From positions 39,122,001 to 39,186,000 of the forward strand of contig CAIIXF020000001.1 in the NCBI GenBank assembly GCA_903813345.2: a stretch of 64,000 nt of DNA, given 5' to 3'. Below are positions 52,120 through 63,929 of this stretch, one piece after another (positions within the stretch are counted from its first letter, which is position 1; each line of letters starts with the position of its first letter). Source of the stretch: Owenia fusiformis (lineage: Eukaryota). Both the position numbers and the translations under genes were made by a program. A model generated the notes under the pieces. It saw only the letters and a list, made by a program, of their open reading frames with translations, was not told where the DNA came from and ran no database searches.

Positions 52120-53195
52120 AATTATCCCATCGAACGAAGTTCGGAGGGATATAGGGAACGCCTCCGTCCGTCCATCCGTCCGTCCGTCCGTACGTTCGTA
52201 CGTCCGTCCGTCCGTCCGGGCAATAACTCAAATACCGTTAGCCCGATTTTGTTCATATTTTGTACACATATACCCAATGGGGGTAGAAGTTCTGCTCGAA
52301 AACTGATTTTCAAAATGGCCGCTCATTTAAAAATGGCGGCCATTTTAGTGCCGATTTTACAGTAATTTAGGTACTGCATATAAAACTGTAATAGCAATAT
52401 GTTTTAAATGTAAAAAAAGTTATATAGGACATTGATTAAGCTAGAAATGTAAATACAGAAGAAATACCTGGCAGCCATCTTGAAAAATGGCTGCCTTTGC
52501 ACGTCTTTTTACGATTTTTGCTGTAACTTGAAAAGTAGTGGAGCGATTTTGTTCATATTTGGTATGTGAATACTTTAAGCATGGCACAATGTCTGATGAC
52601 ATTTTTGGTAGTAGGCGGCCATTTTGAAAAATGGCCGCCATTTTTACGTGTGTTATTTAACATTTTTTACTGCAAGTCAAAAAGTAGTGGAGCGATTTTG
52701 TTCATATTTGGTATGTGAATACTTTAAGCATGGCCCAATGTCTAATGACATTTTGGGTAGTAGGCGGCCATATTGAAAAATGGCCGCCATTTTTACGTGT
52801 TATTTTACATTTTTTACTATAACTCAAAAAGTAGTAGAGCGATTTTGTTCATATTTTATATGTGAATACTATAAGCATGGCACACTGTCTAATGAAACTT
52901 TGGGTAGTAGGCGGCCATTTTGAAAAATGGCCACCATTTTTTTTACGTTTTTTACTATAACTTGAAAAGTAGTAGAGCGATTTTGTTCATATTTGATATG
53001 TGAATACTTATGAGCCTTGCACACTGTCTCATGACACTTCGCGTAGTAGGTGGCCATTTTAAAAAATGGCTGTCATTTTTACATTTTTTACTATAACTCA
53101 AAAAGTATTGGAGCGATTTTGTTCATATTTGATATGTGAATACTTAAGCATGGCACATTGTCAAATAAAACTTTAGGGAGTAGTCGGCCATTTTG
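52120..53195 (+). mobile_element. HINE-like element with a (GTCC)n microsatellite and a ~140-150-bp satellite
   Basis: attatcccatcgaacgaagttcggagggatat hairpin, then ccgtccgtccatccgtcc, then gagcgattttgttcatattt at ~52541, 52690, 52837, 52975 and 53111. Confidence 0.7.
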
Positions 53196-53354
53196 GTCAT
53201 ACCAAATAAAGTTTGGCCCTTCCCTATCGTACTGTTACCTCAGTATCAAGCTTTAAAAGGCTATTTGCCCCCTTTACTAAACTGGCAACCCTGTATCAAA
53301 CACTTGTGTTATATGAATATATATTTAGCAGTATAAAAAGAGAGATACTCTGTA

Positions 53355-56300
53355 TAGTGGAATCAATTGGTGCAAGGCCCCCATATGGACCTTGCGTTTT
53401 CATACTAAAGTTTGTTTTGAAGTTTTTTCTTATTGTTCTATGTATTTCAAGACATTTTAGAGACAAGGCCCTTTTTCTAAAGCCCTTTCTAGAAAAATAA
53501 TTGAGAATACAGAGGATACCTATTATTACTGCTTTTTAACACAATGTTAACAGAAAAATCAAATTTCAAACTCCTTATCTCACTATAATTCACCAATGAA
53601 AAATGGAAGTTGGGCAACCAAACTTGGCACAAAGTTGGACCCTAAGATAAGCTCTAATCTGAGGGGTTTGATCTTTTGTGAAATCATATATTTGCCTAGC
53701 AACCACATAGCAACCATCTAAAATAACATATTTTACAATATAAATCCATTTAATATATGCTAGAATGCTATAAAACCATTACAAAAAGTCTTCTTATCCT
53801 AAAATACAACAATTCAAACATATTTACAGAAGTGACATCACCATGTTGCATAGCAACAACATGGCAACAGGTTACAATGGCCATTTTGACATTTGCACGA
53901 TCCCTTCCACATTATTTCTTATCATACAGAAATTGTATTTAAGCATAAATGATGCAGTTATGCCTAATTATTTTCCCTAGCAACTTCCTAGCAACGGCTT
54001 GAAATAATTGTTGAATTTGCCTAGCAATGACCTAGCAACAGCTTAAAATAGCAATGTTTCCCATAAAAATCTCACTATATCCACTATTATGTACTTGAAG
54101 AAAATTAATATGTATGTTTTTTGATTTATAAAGCAAAAGTATAAAATTTATAATGCAAAAATCCTGCAATTCATGTTTCAGTTCTGAGATAAAGTAAACA
54201 CAAAATATTCATCGTATTTATCCTTGTTACATTTTCAGCATTGATACCCCTAAGATAATACTTTATTTGGGTTAATTGCTACAATTTCCTTTGCAGTTGT
54301 ATAGTTTCAGTGCAGTAGAATGCACCATGGCATTTGCAGTTTCCTTTGCAGTCACATTTGGTGCATCCACATTTAATTATGACTTTACATGCCTCGGATG
54401 CTAGCAATAGTATAGTCCATCTGGGTACGCACAATCCTGATGCGCTCCTAAACCATCCCCATAGGTTTGGCGAAGGAAGAACTGGATCCACTATATACCA
54501 TTATGTGCTCCTTGGAGAGCTGCTTGCATGACATGATAGAGTGCTGCATCGCATGTTGGATGTACTCTTTCGGGATCTATCTGTCATGAGTGAACATGTG
54601 CCTGCGCATGGTGTTGAGATTTGTCTCACTGTTTGTAGGCTGGTAAACCAGGATAATGAACCTCTCAATTGTGTCCATAACTTCTGTTGTTAGGGTTGAT
54701 GGGCAATCTGCTAGAGTCAAAAGGACACCTGTTAGATCATTACATAAGTTCCATTGCTTGAAAACTGTCACCCTGCTCTGATGGTAAAGTCCAGATGTGG
54801 TATCAGTTCCAGTATGGGCGTGAAACATTGGCAGCACACATGATCTTTGTGGTCCTAGTGCTCTAGCAATCTCATGAACTGGAATGTAGCGATATGTTTT
54901 GCATTTTGAAAATGCTACATAGACCTCAATCTGTAGCTCAGAGGCACTGGCTAAGGCTATCACAAGAACATTACTGTCCACTGATCTTATCATAAATGTC
55001 CTGCAACTTTTTCCGACACCATGAGACACATGCAAAAACATACATGTATCTGCCTCATGACATTGTTAATTTTCCACATTTGGATAGTAATATTCCACTG
55101 AACCCAGCATATGGGGTTTATGTATCCCAACAGGGCGTGTTCAAAATACTATTCTAGTATATAGATTTTAAATCAAGACACCGTATTTTACTGATTAAAT
55201 CGTTAGGTCAAGATTATACTTGATAAAAGCTTAAAATCATATCTGGGCTTTGCTGAAACATACAAGTCATTAATTTTAAAGTTTTAAGTTTTACCACTTG
55301 AGATGCTGAAGGATGTAGGAATTGTGCTAAGAGCTCTATCTTTCAAGAAAGTCTTGTCAATTGCTTGGTAGTTTGGTGTTAGGATGGGATTTCTCAGAAA
55401 CAATGTCAGCAAGATAGAGTTCTTTGCACTTCTAGCAACTGTTACCAGACATATTATGGCAGACAATAGAATTTTTGTCTCAACCATTGAAGGAGAGTGC
55501 ATCAGTAATCCTGCTAGTTATGCCATAATAGTCCCTGCTCCCAGGAAGAGGCAGATACTCGTATGTTTTTGGATGTGTCTCATGGTGTCTGAAAAGAATG
55601 CAGGACATTTATGATAAACTCGGTGGACAGTAATGTTGTGATAGCCTAATAGCCTATACCTCTGAGCTACAGATTGAGATCTATATAGCATTTTCAAAAG
55701 GCAACCCTACATTCCAATTTATGAATATGCTTGAGCATTACGACCACAAAGGTCACGTGCGCTGCCAATGTTCCACGCCCTTACTGGAGCTGATACCACA
55801 TCTGGATTTTACCATCATAGCAAGGTGACAGTTTTCAAGCAATGGAACTTATGTAATGATCTTACAGGTTTCCCTTTTGACAAGAAGCACATGTATGGGG
55901 GCAGTGGATCCAGTTCTTCCTTCACCAAGCCTATGGGGATGGTTAAGGAGCCCATCGGGATTGTGGGTGCCCAGATGGACAATATTGCCTGAGCATCCAA
56001 AGCATGTAAAGTCATAATTAAATGTGGATGCACCAAATGTGACTGTAAAGGGAACTGCAAATGCCATGGTGCATTCTACTGCATTGAACTATGGACCTGC
56101 AAAGGAAATTGAAGCAATTCACCAAAATAAAGTATTATTTTAGGGGTATCAATGCTGAAAATGTATCAAGTATCAATGTGATGAATATTTCGTGTTTACT
56201 TTATCTCAGAACTGAAACATGAATTGCAATTTGATATACATAAGACAAAAAATGTCCCATCATGCTTTACACAAGAGACTAAAGATTTTTAAGTGAGCAA

Positions 56301-57089
56301 CTATAAAGCTTTATAAATTACAAAAGACATATATATTGATTTTCTTCAAGTATATATTGTGGATATATAGGGAAATTCTTATGAGAAACATTGCTATTTT
56401 AAGATGTTGCTAGGTCATTGCTAGGCAAATTTAACCTTTATTTCAAGCCATTGCTAGGTAAAATGGTCAGACATAACTGCATCAATATATTTGCTATATG
56501 TTAAGAAATAATGTGGAAGAGATCCAAAAGCAGTAAACATATAACAGATATATTGTCTGCAAATGTCAAAATGGGCATTGTAACCTGTTGCCATGTTGTT
56601 GCTATGTAACATGGTGATGTCACTTCTGTAAATATGTTAAAATTGTTGTATTTAAGGATAAGAATACTTTTTTGTGATGGTCTTATAGCATCCTAGCATA
56701 TATTAAGTGGATTTATATTGTAAAATATGTTATTTCAGGCGGTTGCTATGAGGTTGCTAGGCAAATATGTGATATAACAAAAAATCAAAGCCCTAAGATT
56801 AGAGTTTATCCTAGGATCTAACTTTGTGCCAAGTTCGGTTGCTTAATTCCCATTCTTCATTGGTGAATTATAGTGAGATAAGGAGTTTGGAATTTGAATT
56901 TTCTATTAAAATTGTGTTAAAAAGCAGAAATAACAGGTATCCTGTGTAATCTCAATTATTTTTCTAAAAAGGGCTTTAGAAAAAGGGCCCTGTCTCTTAA
57001 ATATCTTTAAATACATAAAGCTATAAGAAAAAACTCAAAAACAAACTTTAGTATGAAAACGCAAGATCATTCACCAATTGATTCCACTA
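53355..57089. mobile_element. Palindromic Academ (AcademX-like) DNA transposon derivative
   Basis: Termini tagtggaatcaattggtg / caccaattgattccacta with 3-bp TSD gta. Arms 53355-55056 and 55548-57089 each carry a decayed XPG/PIN-like region (EADT, SVDSNV, LPMFHALTGADTTSGFY) and a Cys-rich finger (ACKVIIKCGCTKCDCKGNCKC). Confidence 0.8.
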
Positions 57090-58110
57090 GTAGGGAATCC
57101 ATTCAATTAGTTATCGCCAGACAGTCAACATGAAAAAGGAGTTTTTTGAGGATGACCCTGATAAGTGGTCAAAGTTTCTGTAAGCATCAGAATCCAAACT
57201 GAAACCAGAGGAAAGTGAAATCTACTGGAAGAAGGGGAAATTGATCAGCTAAAAACTTGGATTTTTAGAGGACGTCCCAGACTTGGAAGACAAGAGTGCT
57301 TGGAAGTCTTCGAAACAAGATGGTGCCAGACAAACAGGAAGATTCGTGTTTAACATGGTTCCCTTCGCTTTGATAGGTTCTTGGAACTGATGATTATGTC
57401 CTGGGTTAGACAATCCATGCGCAGATGTTAAAAAGAAGAGAATTTTGAAGTAATCATATACTACACGAGGTCCCAACTATGACCGTTAATTTGAATTTTA
57501 GACATACCAGGTGTTTGAAAATCAAGGATTGTTCAGTCTCATACTGCACCGTTTTTCTTCAAACTTGTTCCATTCAAAGGAAAACAAAAATACCCTTCTG
57601 TCGGTGCATTGCTTTATTGTACAGAATCCATTTATTTATTCTCAAAACCATTACATGGATGATTGCCAGCCAAGATTCCTGTCAGATCCTTGACCCATTC
57701 AATACATTCAAAGCAATGACCAAAAAATTATGACATTATTGACTGTAAAAATAAATGGCTAAAGTCTAGTTTAACCAGTGTAAACCCTGGCTAGCCTCAA
57801 TATTATCAAAGTATCATCTGTTTATGGTCAGACTGGATTTAACATCCATGCCATCATTTTTGGTTTTAATCACTTTGATTCAAATTTCAAAATTGCTGCA
57901 ACTTTAATTGGTAGCACCTATCTAAGGTTACTTTTTTTCCAGATGTTGTCATTTGTCTAGATAATTACTAAAAAAATTAAACTGCTCTATTTGGGCAGAA
58001 CTCAAATAAATGCATTTATCAAATTACATTTTAAAAATGGTATCCTATGTCAATTATCAAAATTACTTTTGTAATTGCAGTGATTCTCAAGTTGGGAGGT
58101 GGCAGAGAAA

Positions 58111-60393
58111 ATGTCAGATGCAAAAGACGGAGAGGATGACCATTCAGTGATGGAATATTCCAGTGTTGATAAGAGCAAGAATGCATTGGCCATCCTTGAT
58201 ACTCTAAACAAACAGCGAGATGACCCTGGTCAATGTGACCTTGCAATTATAGTGGGTGATCAGAAAGTGTTTGCACATAAGTGTATATTAACTGCCGTGA
58301 GTCCATATTTCAACACAATGCTAACAGGGGACTTTGTTGAAGGCGCCGAAGCAAAAAGTCTTGGTTCAATTGATATGTCTCATGCTATTCCTGAGCCTGG
58401 TGCATTTAGTGAGATCCTGAAGTATATATACACAGGGAAGATGACAATCACAACGGATGCTGTAGAGGATATCCTAGCAAGTGCCTCATTGCTGCTTGTT
58501 AAGGAGGTTGTTACTGCTTGCGCCCAACACTTACTCATGAACCTGACCCTATGTAACTGCCTTCATACACTCGCCCTAGCCGAACTCTATGAACTTAATG
58601 ATCTGAAGCTTGTTGCTAAGAAACTCATCTCAGATCGTTTACATGATGTTGTGATCAACCAAGTCGAGATCCTTAATGTTCCCTATGAGTTCTTGGTAAA
58701 ACTTCTGGCAGACAAGGAACTTATCCAACACTGTTCAACTTTCCAGCTAGTAAATCTTGTCGTGAAGTGGACCGAACAGAATCTGGAAGAACGTCATTGT
58801 CATCTTAGTTCTATGTTAGATGCCTTCCAATGGGGCAAGCTTTCACCAGGAGAAATGGAAGTCCTCACCAACAACCCTCTTGTTTTGAAGGTCAAGACCC
58901 TCACACAATACATTGCCAATAGTAATATATCGTCTGATGTTCAATCAAACAAAAAAGAATGCTTGATTGCTCATAACATCAAAACTAATGAAAATATTCA
59001 AAACCTGACATTGATACTGTTTAACACAGAGACAAAAATCTGGTATTCTAAAATGGTGTGCCTCTGCTACCCAGTTGATGACAGTAAGAAAGCTTCTAAC
59101 TTGTGTCCTATGATTGGATTCAGCGGAAGTCGTATTCTACTTGAACCTGAATCCTATGAATCTGAGATTCGATCCATTGACTTAGTCAGTGGTGAATGCT
59201 GTTTATATGCCAAGCTTGATGAAGCAAAAAACTATACGAACAATGTCCAGATGTTTGTTCTGAATGATAGGTTGTATGCTATTATGAAATCAACCAGGTC
59301 AATCATGCAAGAAGGACCAGGAAAGAAGTATGCTGCTACCCCGCCAATCGAAAAGGATCAACTAACGAAAGTGTCTATCAGAGAATATATGGAGTCATCT
59401 GGATCAGCAGCACAGGGGACAGATTGGAGACAGTGTTACCAATCTCCTGAATATAGCTCAAAGGACTCTTCATTCCTGTTCAGGCAAACTATCATCCCAG
59501 GTCAGTCTGCTTCGGGACTCTACATTGTCATTGCTGTTACATCAAGTAAAGTTAGTGAAGAAAAACCAAACAGTTTGTCTGCATTCAAAGTGGAATTGCA
59601 GGGAGATGTTACGAAATGTGAGAATATACTGAATATTCACGAGGACAATGCTGATGGCTTATTGAAGGAGAACTGTCTGAAATCATCAACTACCAAGCTT
59701 GTTTTGTACAACAATTCTCTGTACCTAAAGGATGAAATAAAGGATGAAATTGTAGGAAATGGAAACTCTGGTTTGGTCATAGATATTTACATGAAGAGCC
59801 TATCAATATATCAAGAGCCCCTGAATGCTGAGGGTAGCAATCATGAATCACAAATCTCAAATCCTGTTAAGGAAACCCTCAGTGCCAAACTTCCTCTGTA
59901 TAACATGGACTGTGACAGTTTCATGAAAAAACTCAGCCCTGTTACTGGAACAAGTCTTCAGATAGAATCAGCCCTTCGGTGCCTGGTTGGGTGCCTCACC
60001 AGAAAGGACATTCACGGAAAACAGATTGAGGCTCTTCCTCCACCTCCACCAATGGAGAGCTCATATCAGACTTTGACCAATCACAGAATCTTCGCAGTTT
60101 CTGATTCTGTTCTTGAGTTGTTCGAACCTATCGCGGTTGCCCCAAAGTTTATATCAACCCCTAATCTGATGTCAGAATCGTTAGCATCTGCTAAAAAGGT
60201 TCTTAAGTGGAACAAAGTTGGAGAGGATACACCGGTGAGTAGTCGCCAATCTACTCCAGATTATGATGACTATGATTATGGAGGATATGATGACTATGAT
60301 GATTATGATGACTATGATCCTTATGATGACTACATGGGATATGAAGATAGTGACCCTGATGTATATGGTGATGAATATGGCTATCCATTTTAG
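58111..60393 (+). CDS. BTB/POZ-BACK domain protein (kelch-like/KBTBD-like, probable Cullin-3 adaptor), 760 aa, single coding exon
   Basis: Uninterrupted ORF. BTB motif CDLAIIVGDQKVFAHKCILTAVSPYFNTM...ILKYIYTG is followed by a BACK-like region (NCLHTLALAELYELNDL...VVKWTEQNLEER). An acceptor ttacttttgtaattgcag ends at 58080, 30 nt before the ATG. The C-terminal tail is D/Y-rich. Confidence 0.9.
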   Translation: MSDAKDGEDDHSVMEYSSVDKSKNALAILDTLNKQRDDPGQCDLAIIVGDQKVFAHKCILTAVSPYFNTMLTGDFVEGAEAKSLGSIDMSHAIPEPGAFSEILKYIYTGKMTITTDAVEDILASASLLLVKEVVTACAQHLLMNLTLCNCLHTLALAELYELNDLKLVAKKLISDRLHDVVINQVEILNVPYEFLVKLLADKELIQHCSTFQLVNLVVKWTEQNLEERHCHLSSMLDAFQWGKLSPGEMEVLTNNPLVLKVKTLTQYIANSNISSDVQSNKKECLIAHNIKTNENIQNLTLILFNTETKIWYSKMVCLCYPVDDSKKASNLCPMIGFSGSRILLEPESYESEIRSIDLVSGECCLYAKLDEAKNYTNNVQMFVLNDRLYAIMKSTRSIMQEGPGKKYAATPPIEKDQLTKVSIREYMESSGSAAQGTDWRQCYQSPEYSSKDSSFLFRQTIIPGQSASGLYIVIAVTSSKVSEEKPNSLSAFKVELQGDVTKCENILNIHEDNADGLLKENCLKSSTTKLVLYNNSLYLKDEIKDEIVGNGNSGLVIDIYMKSLSIYQEPLNAEGSNHESQISNPVKETLSAKLPLYNMDCDSFMKKLSPVTGTSLQIESALRCLVGCLTRKDIHGKQIEALPPPPPMESSYQTLTNHRIFAVSDSVLELFEPIAVAPKFISTPNLMSESLASAKKVLKWNKVGEDTPVSSRQSTPDYDDYDYGGYDDYDDYDDYDPYDDYMGYEDSDPDVYGDEYGYPF

Positions 60394-60514
60394 ACCTGGT
60401 CATTTATGTAAAAAGAACATTGGAGGAAAAATATTTGAGCGAAAGAGGCTCTGATGAAGGTGTTACTAGAATGCTGGGTCACTAAGATTGAAGGGCTAGT
60501 AAATATATGCTAAT

Positions 60515-61665
60515 CAGTGCGCGAAATAGACGTCCGACATCGGCCATTGGCCTGACAAAATTATAGATGGCTTGTTTTGATAAAAACACCCAGACATTTT
60601 GGCCTGCCAGACATTTGTGGCATTCGTTAGATTGCCCATGAATAGAACTCACATTTCAGTCCGGAAATCCTCCGAATTCCCCGCGATTTCGGCTTATTCC
60701 ATGACTTTTGTTGAAGATTTAAAAAAATTTCAAATATTTTTGTTTTCATACTGAAGCCCAAGATATAACGTGACTTTTGATTGGCTGTTGTTGTTTGTTG
60801 AAATTACGGTGATTTTGATTGGCTATGGATGACTCATTTCTTCATCGTCGTTCGCAAATCGAGTGCATTATCAGTATGCCGGATGTAGAAAAGAAATTGA
60901 AAAATCGAGCCGGCATCTAAGTCCAAAAAGTCGGCAGTTTGGAAGTATTTTGGGACTCCGATATCACAAGGTAAACGAATTGGTGATAGTTCACCATGCA
61001 GACTATGTGAAATGCCGATCACATTCACGGCAGATGCTTTATATTCGATTTTAATTGACGTATTTCTGAATATGATTTTGAAAAGTGAAACTGAAAGTGA
61101 AACTGTCATCATCAGACATTGTATCATTTTTAATGTCCTGTCCCGTCCTGTCTCGAAAGTATCGTGTCCCGAGACCATTTGTACCGTTCCGTACCGTACC
61201 AAAATTTATTTGGACCGTGACACCTCTAATATATGCCTTGAATTTTAGTCTGTTAGTGGAGTCTGTGTACAAATTATGTGTTTTTGAATACCTTGAAGCT
61301 TCTGAGAGCAATTATAAACCGACCAAAATCAGTACAATTTAGTTTGATCAATTCCATGTTCCTCATGTTTTTGTAAGGTGAATCTAGGGGGGAATCAACA
61401 CACCCAGGCTGTTGGTTAAGTCATCAAGTACATTATAGTGAATGATACATGACATGCAATGGAATTAGTTTTACTTTGTTAATACTGTACTAAACTAAAT
61501 CTCATTTTAGAGTGGTTGTGGAGAAATATGGAAAATGAAATTTTTGGCCAGAGAAGTAAGAAACAGGCTGCAAAAAATTGGCCTGAAAAAAAATATTATG
61601 GCTGGTTAAAATCTGGCTGGCCTGCCAAAATGTCTAGGTTAAAAAAATCCTTATTTCACGCACTG
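60515..61665 (+). mobile_element. hAT-like element with a 5-bp TSD and a BED zinc-finger remnant
   Basis: TIR cagtgcgcgaaata / tatttcacgcactg with TSD ctaat. ~60926-61030 reads KKSAVWKYFG...PCRLCE. The element starts 121 bp after the BTB gene stop codon. Confidence 0.75.
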
Positions 61666-62291
61666 CTAATCTCTGTTCCAAATAGCAACCTAGATTTGTA
61701 AAAGTTGATCATTTTTCATAGAAAGCTAGATTCATTGTCACTTTTGACCAATCAGTGCACAGAATAATCATGGTCTTGTAGTCAAAAACATAAACTGTTT
61801 GAATGTTTTTATGTCACCACCAAAAGGTGGTTGGCGATCGGCGGAAGTTTAAATCTGACTTTAGATTTGAGATTATACCTTCAATGACCTTCTCAGGGTC
61901 AAAAAGGTATTTTTTCAACTTGCTTCAAATTGACCAATTTGTTTTTTTCAAAATCATCTCATTCTCAGAAATTCAAAACTGACTTAAGATTGAACTAATA
62001 ACATTGTGAGCAACTAGGTGGTGACATTTTGTCATGGTAATGCCCTGTTGTATCATGTAACATGTCTGGTATTATCTTACTGAGCACATCTGTCTTTCTG
62101 TCTACAGCCAGCTGAGGCTCCGTCCACTGAATATTTTTAAAGTTGAAAATCTGAACTTGTGAGCAGGTTTATGAAATGTGGGTTCAGAAGTGTTGAAACT
62201 ACAATCTGTGTTTCAGTTAACATTTTATTAGCTTTGGAAATATTGCATGTTAATTGTCAGCAGTCATTTTGATTTTCACAATAACTCACTA

Positions 62292-63310
62292 TCACACCCG
62301 GTGATCGTGAATATGGGACGGAGGGGGGGAGCAGGCAATTTCTGCTAGGAAATTCAACAAATCTGGAAGATTTATTTTTTCAAGAAAAAGTTTACTATTG
62401 AATTGCTTAATGGATAGGCGCACGGTATGGTAGAATATGTTAGGTTTTCTGGGATTTTTTCTGAAACGATACGTATCTAAGGTATGACATCTATTAAAAA
62501 AGGCGCGAGGCCATCAACAGGCACAAATCAACGTTTTTGCTATAAATCAAGCAACAATGGCCTGGACGACCTGTAATAAATACTTGTAAGTGATGTTATC
62601 ATAACTAAATTAATGTCATTGCTGAATTTATAAAATAAGTTTCCATATGTGAAATAAAAAATAATCGAAAATAATGAATTTGGGACGGAGGGGGGGAGGG
62701 GACGGAGGGGGGGAGCAATATGTATATAAGACATGATTAGAGATGTTTCGCGACTTTAAGTTCTTTTACTCCAAATGTCCCCATTTTTCAGTCTCCAGGG
62801 GTATATCATCCAGTTTCTTACTAAGTTAATGAGTTCATTTTTCAAATACAAGAATTCGTGTGAAGTTGTTTCACTTTATAGAATTATTACTCCCCCCCTC
62901 CGTCCCCTCCCCCCCTCCGTCCCATTTTAATTATTTTCGATTATTTTTTATTTTACGTATGGAAACTTATTTTATAAATTCAGCAATGACATTAATTTAG
63001 TTATGATAACATCACTTACAAGTATTTATTACAGGTCGTGTAGTCCATTGTTGCTTGATTTATAGCAAAAACTTTGACTTTTGCACGTTGGTTGCGTTGC
63101 GCCTTTTTTAATAGATCTTATATCTTAAAAGAGTATCGGTTGAAAAATAATCCCAGAATACCTATATTTTATCATACCGTGCGCTTATTCAATTTGCAAT
63201 TCAATCGTAAACTCTGTCTTGAAAAAATAATTTTACCAGATTTGTTGAATTTTCTAGCGTAAATTGCCTGCTCCCCCCCTCCGTCCCATTTTCACGATCA
63301 CCGGGTGTGA
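62292..63310. mobile_element. Foldback element with ~420-bp TIRs and a 3-bp TSD (PIF/Harbinger-like)
   Basis: tcacacccggtgatcgtgaa / ttcacgatcaccgggtgtga, TSD cta. Arms ~62292-62717 and ~62890-63310 contain gggacggagggggg G-tracts. Confidence 0.85.
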
Positions 63311-63719
63311 CTATAGCTAAAAATGGTTTCCTTGGATTTCATAAACCAGCCTCTATTAGTGTAGGTGAAATCAAAAAGTTGAGTATAAATATATTACTTT
63401 TTTATGCACATTAAAAATGCCGCCAGCCAATCCGAAATTATATTCAATTATCTTTTCAATACCATTTGTTATCTTGCCACCCTGGCTGGACAGTAGGGAA
63501 AACAACTTCCTGTAACTGTCTATGGAGACAGTTCCTCAGCTGATTTAGACAGGGTTATTCAGTACAATTTATATCAATGAGAATTTAAATATAATTATTC
63601 AAATCAATGAAATTCAATTGGCAACATTCTGCAAGAGTACAACTATGAAATACCAGAACTAAATATTAATCAGACTAATTGTTTTTGAATTTGTTTAAAT
63701 GTCTTTAAATCCAAAGCTT

Positions 63720-63929
63720 AATCATCATTGAAAGTGAGATGCTGTGTTTAATCATCATTGAAAGTGAGATGCTGTGTTTAATCATCATTGAAAGTGAGAT
63801 GCTGTGTTTAATCATCATTGAAAGTGAGATGCTGTGTTTAATCATCATTGAAAGTGAGATGCTGTGTTTAATCATCATTGAAAGTGAGATGCTGTGTTTA
63901 ATCATCATTGAAAGTGAGATGCTATGTTA
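63720..63929. repeat. 30-bp tandem repeat, 7 copies (aatcatcattgaaagtgagatgctgtgttt)
   Basis: Directly visible, near-perfect units. Confidence 0.97.

Noticed and set aside
57108..57480. Coding-looking stretch (MKKEFFEDDPDKWSKFL...) as an upstream exon of the BTB gene
   Set aside because: It has in-frame stops, no recognisable domain and sits between TE fragments; it cannot be assigned.
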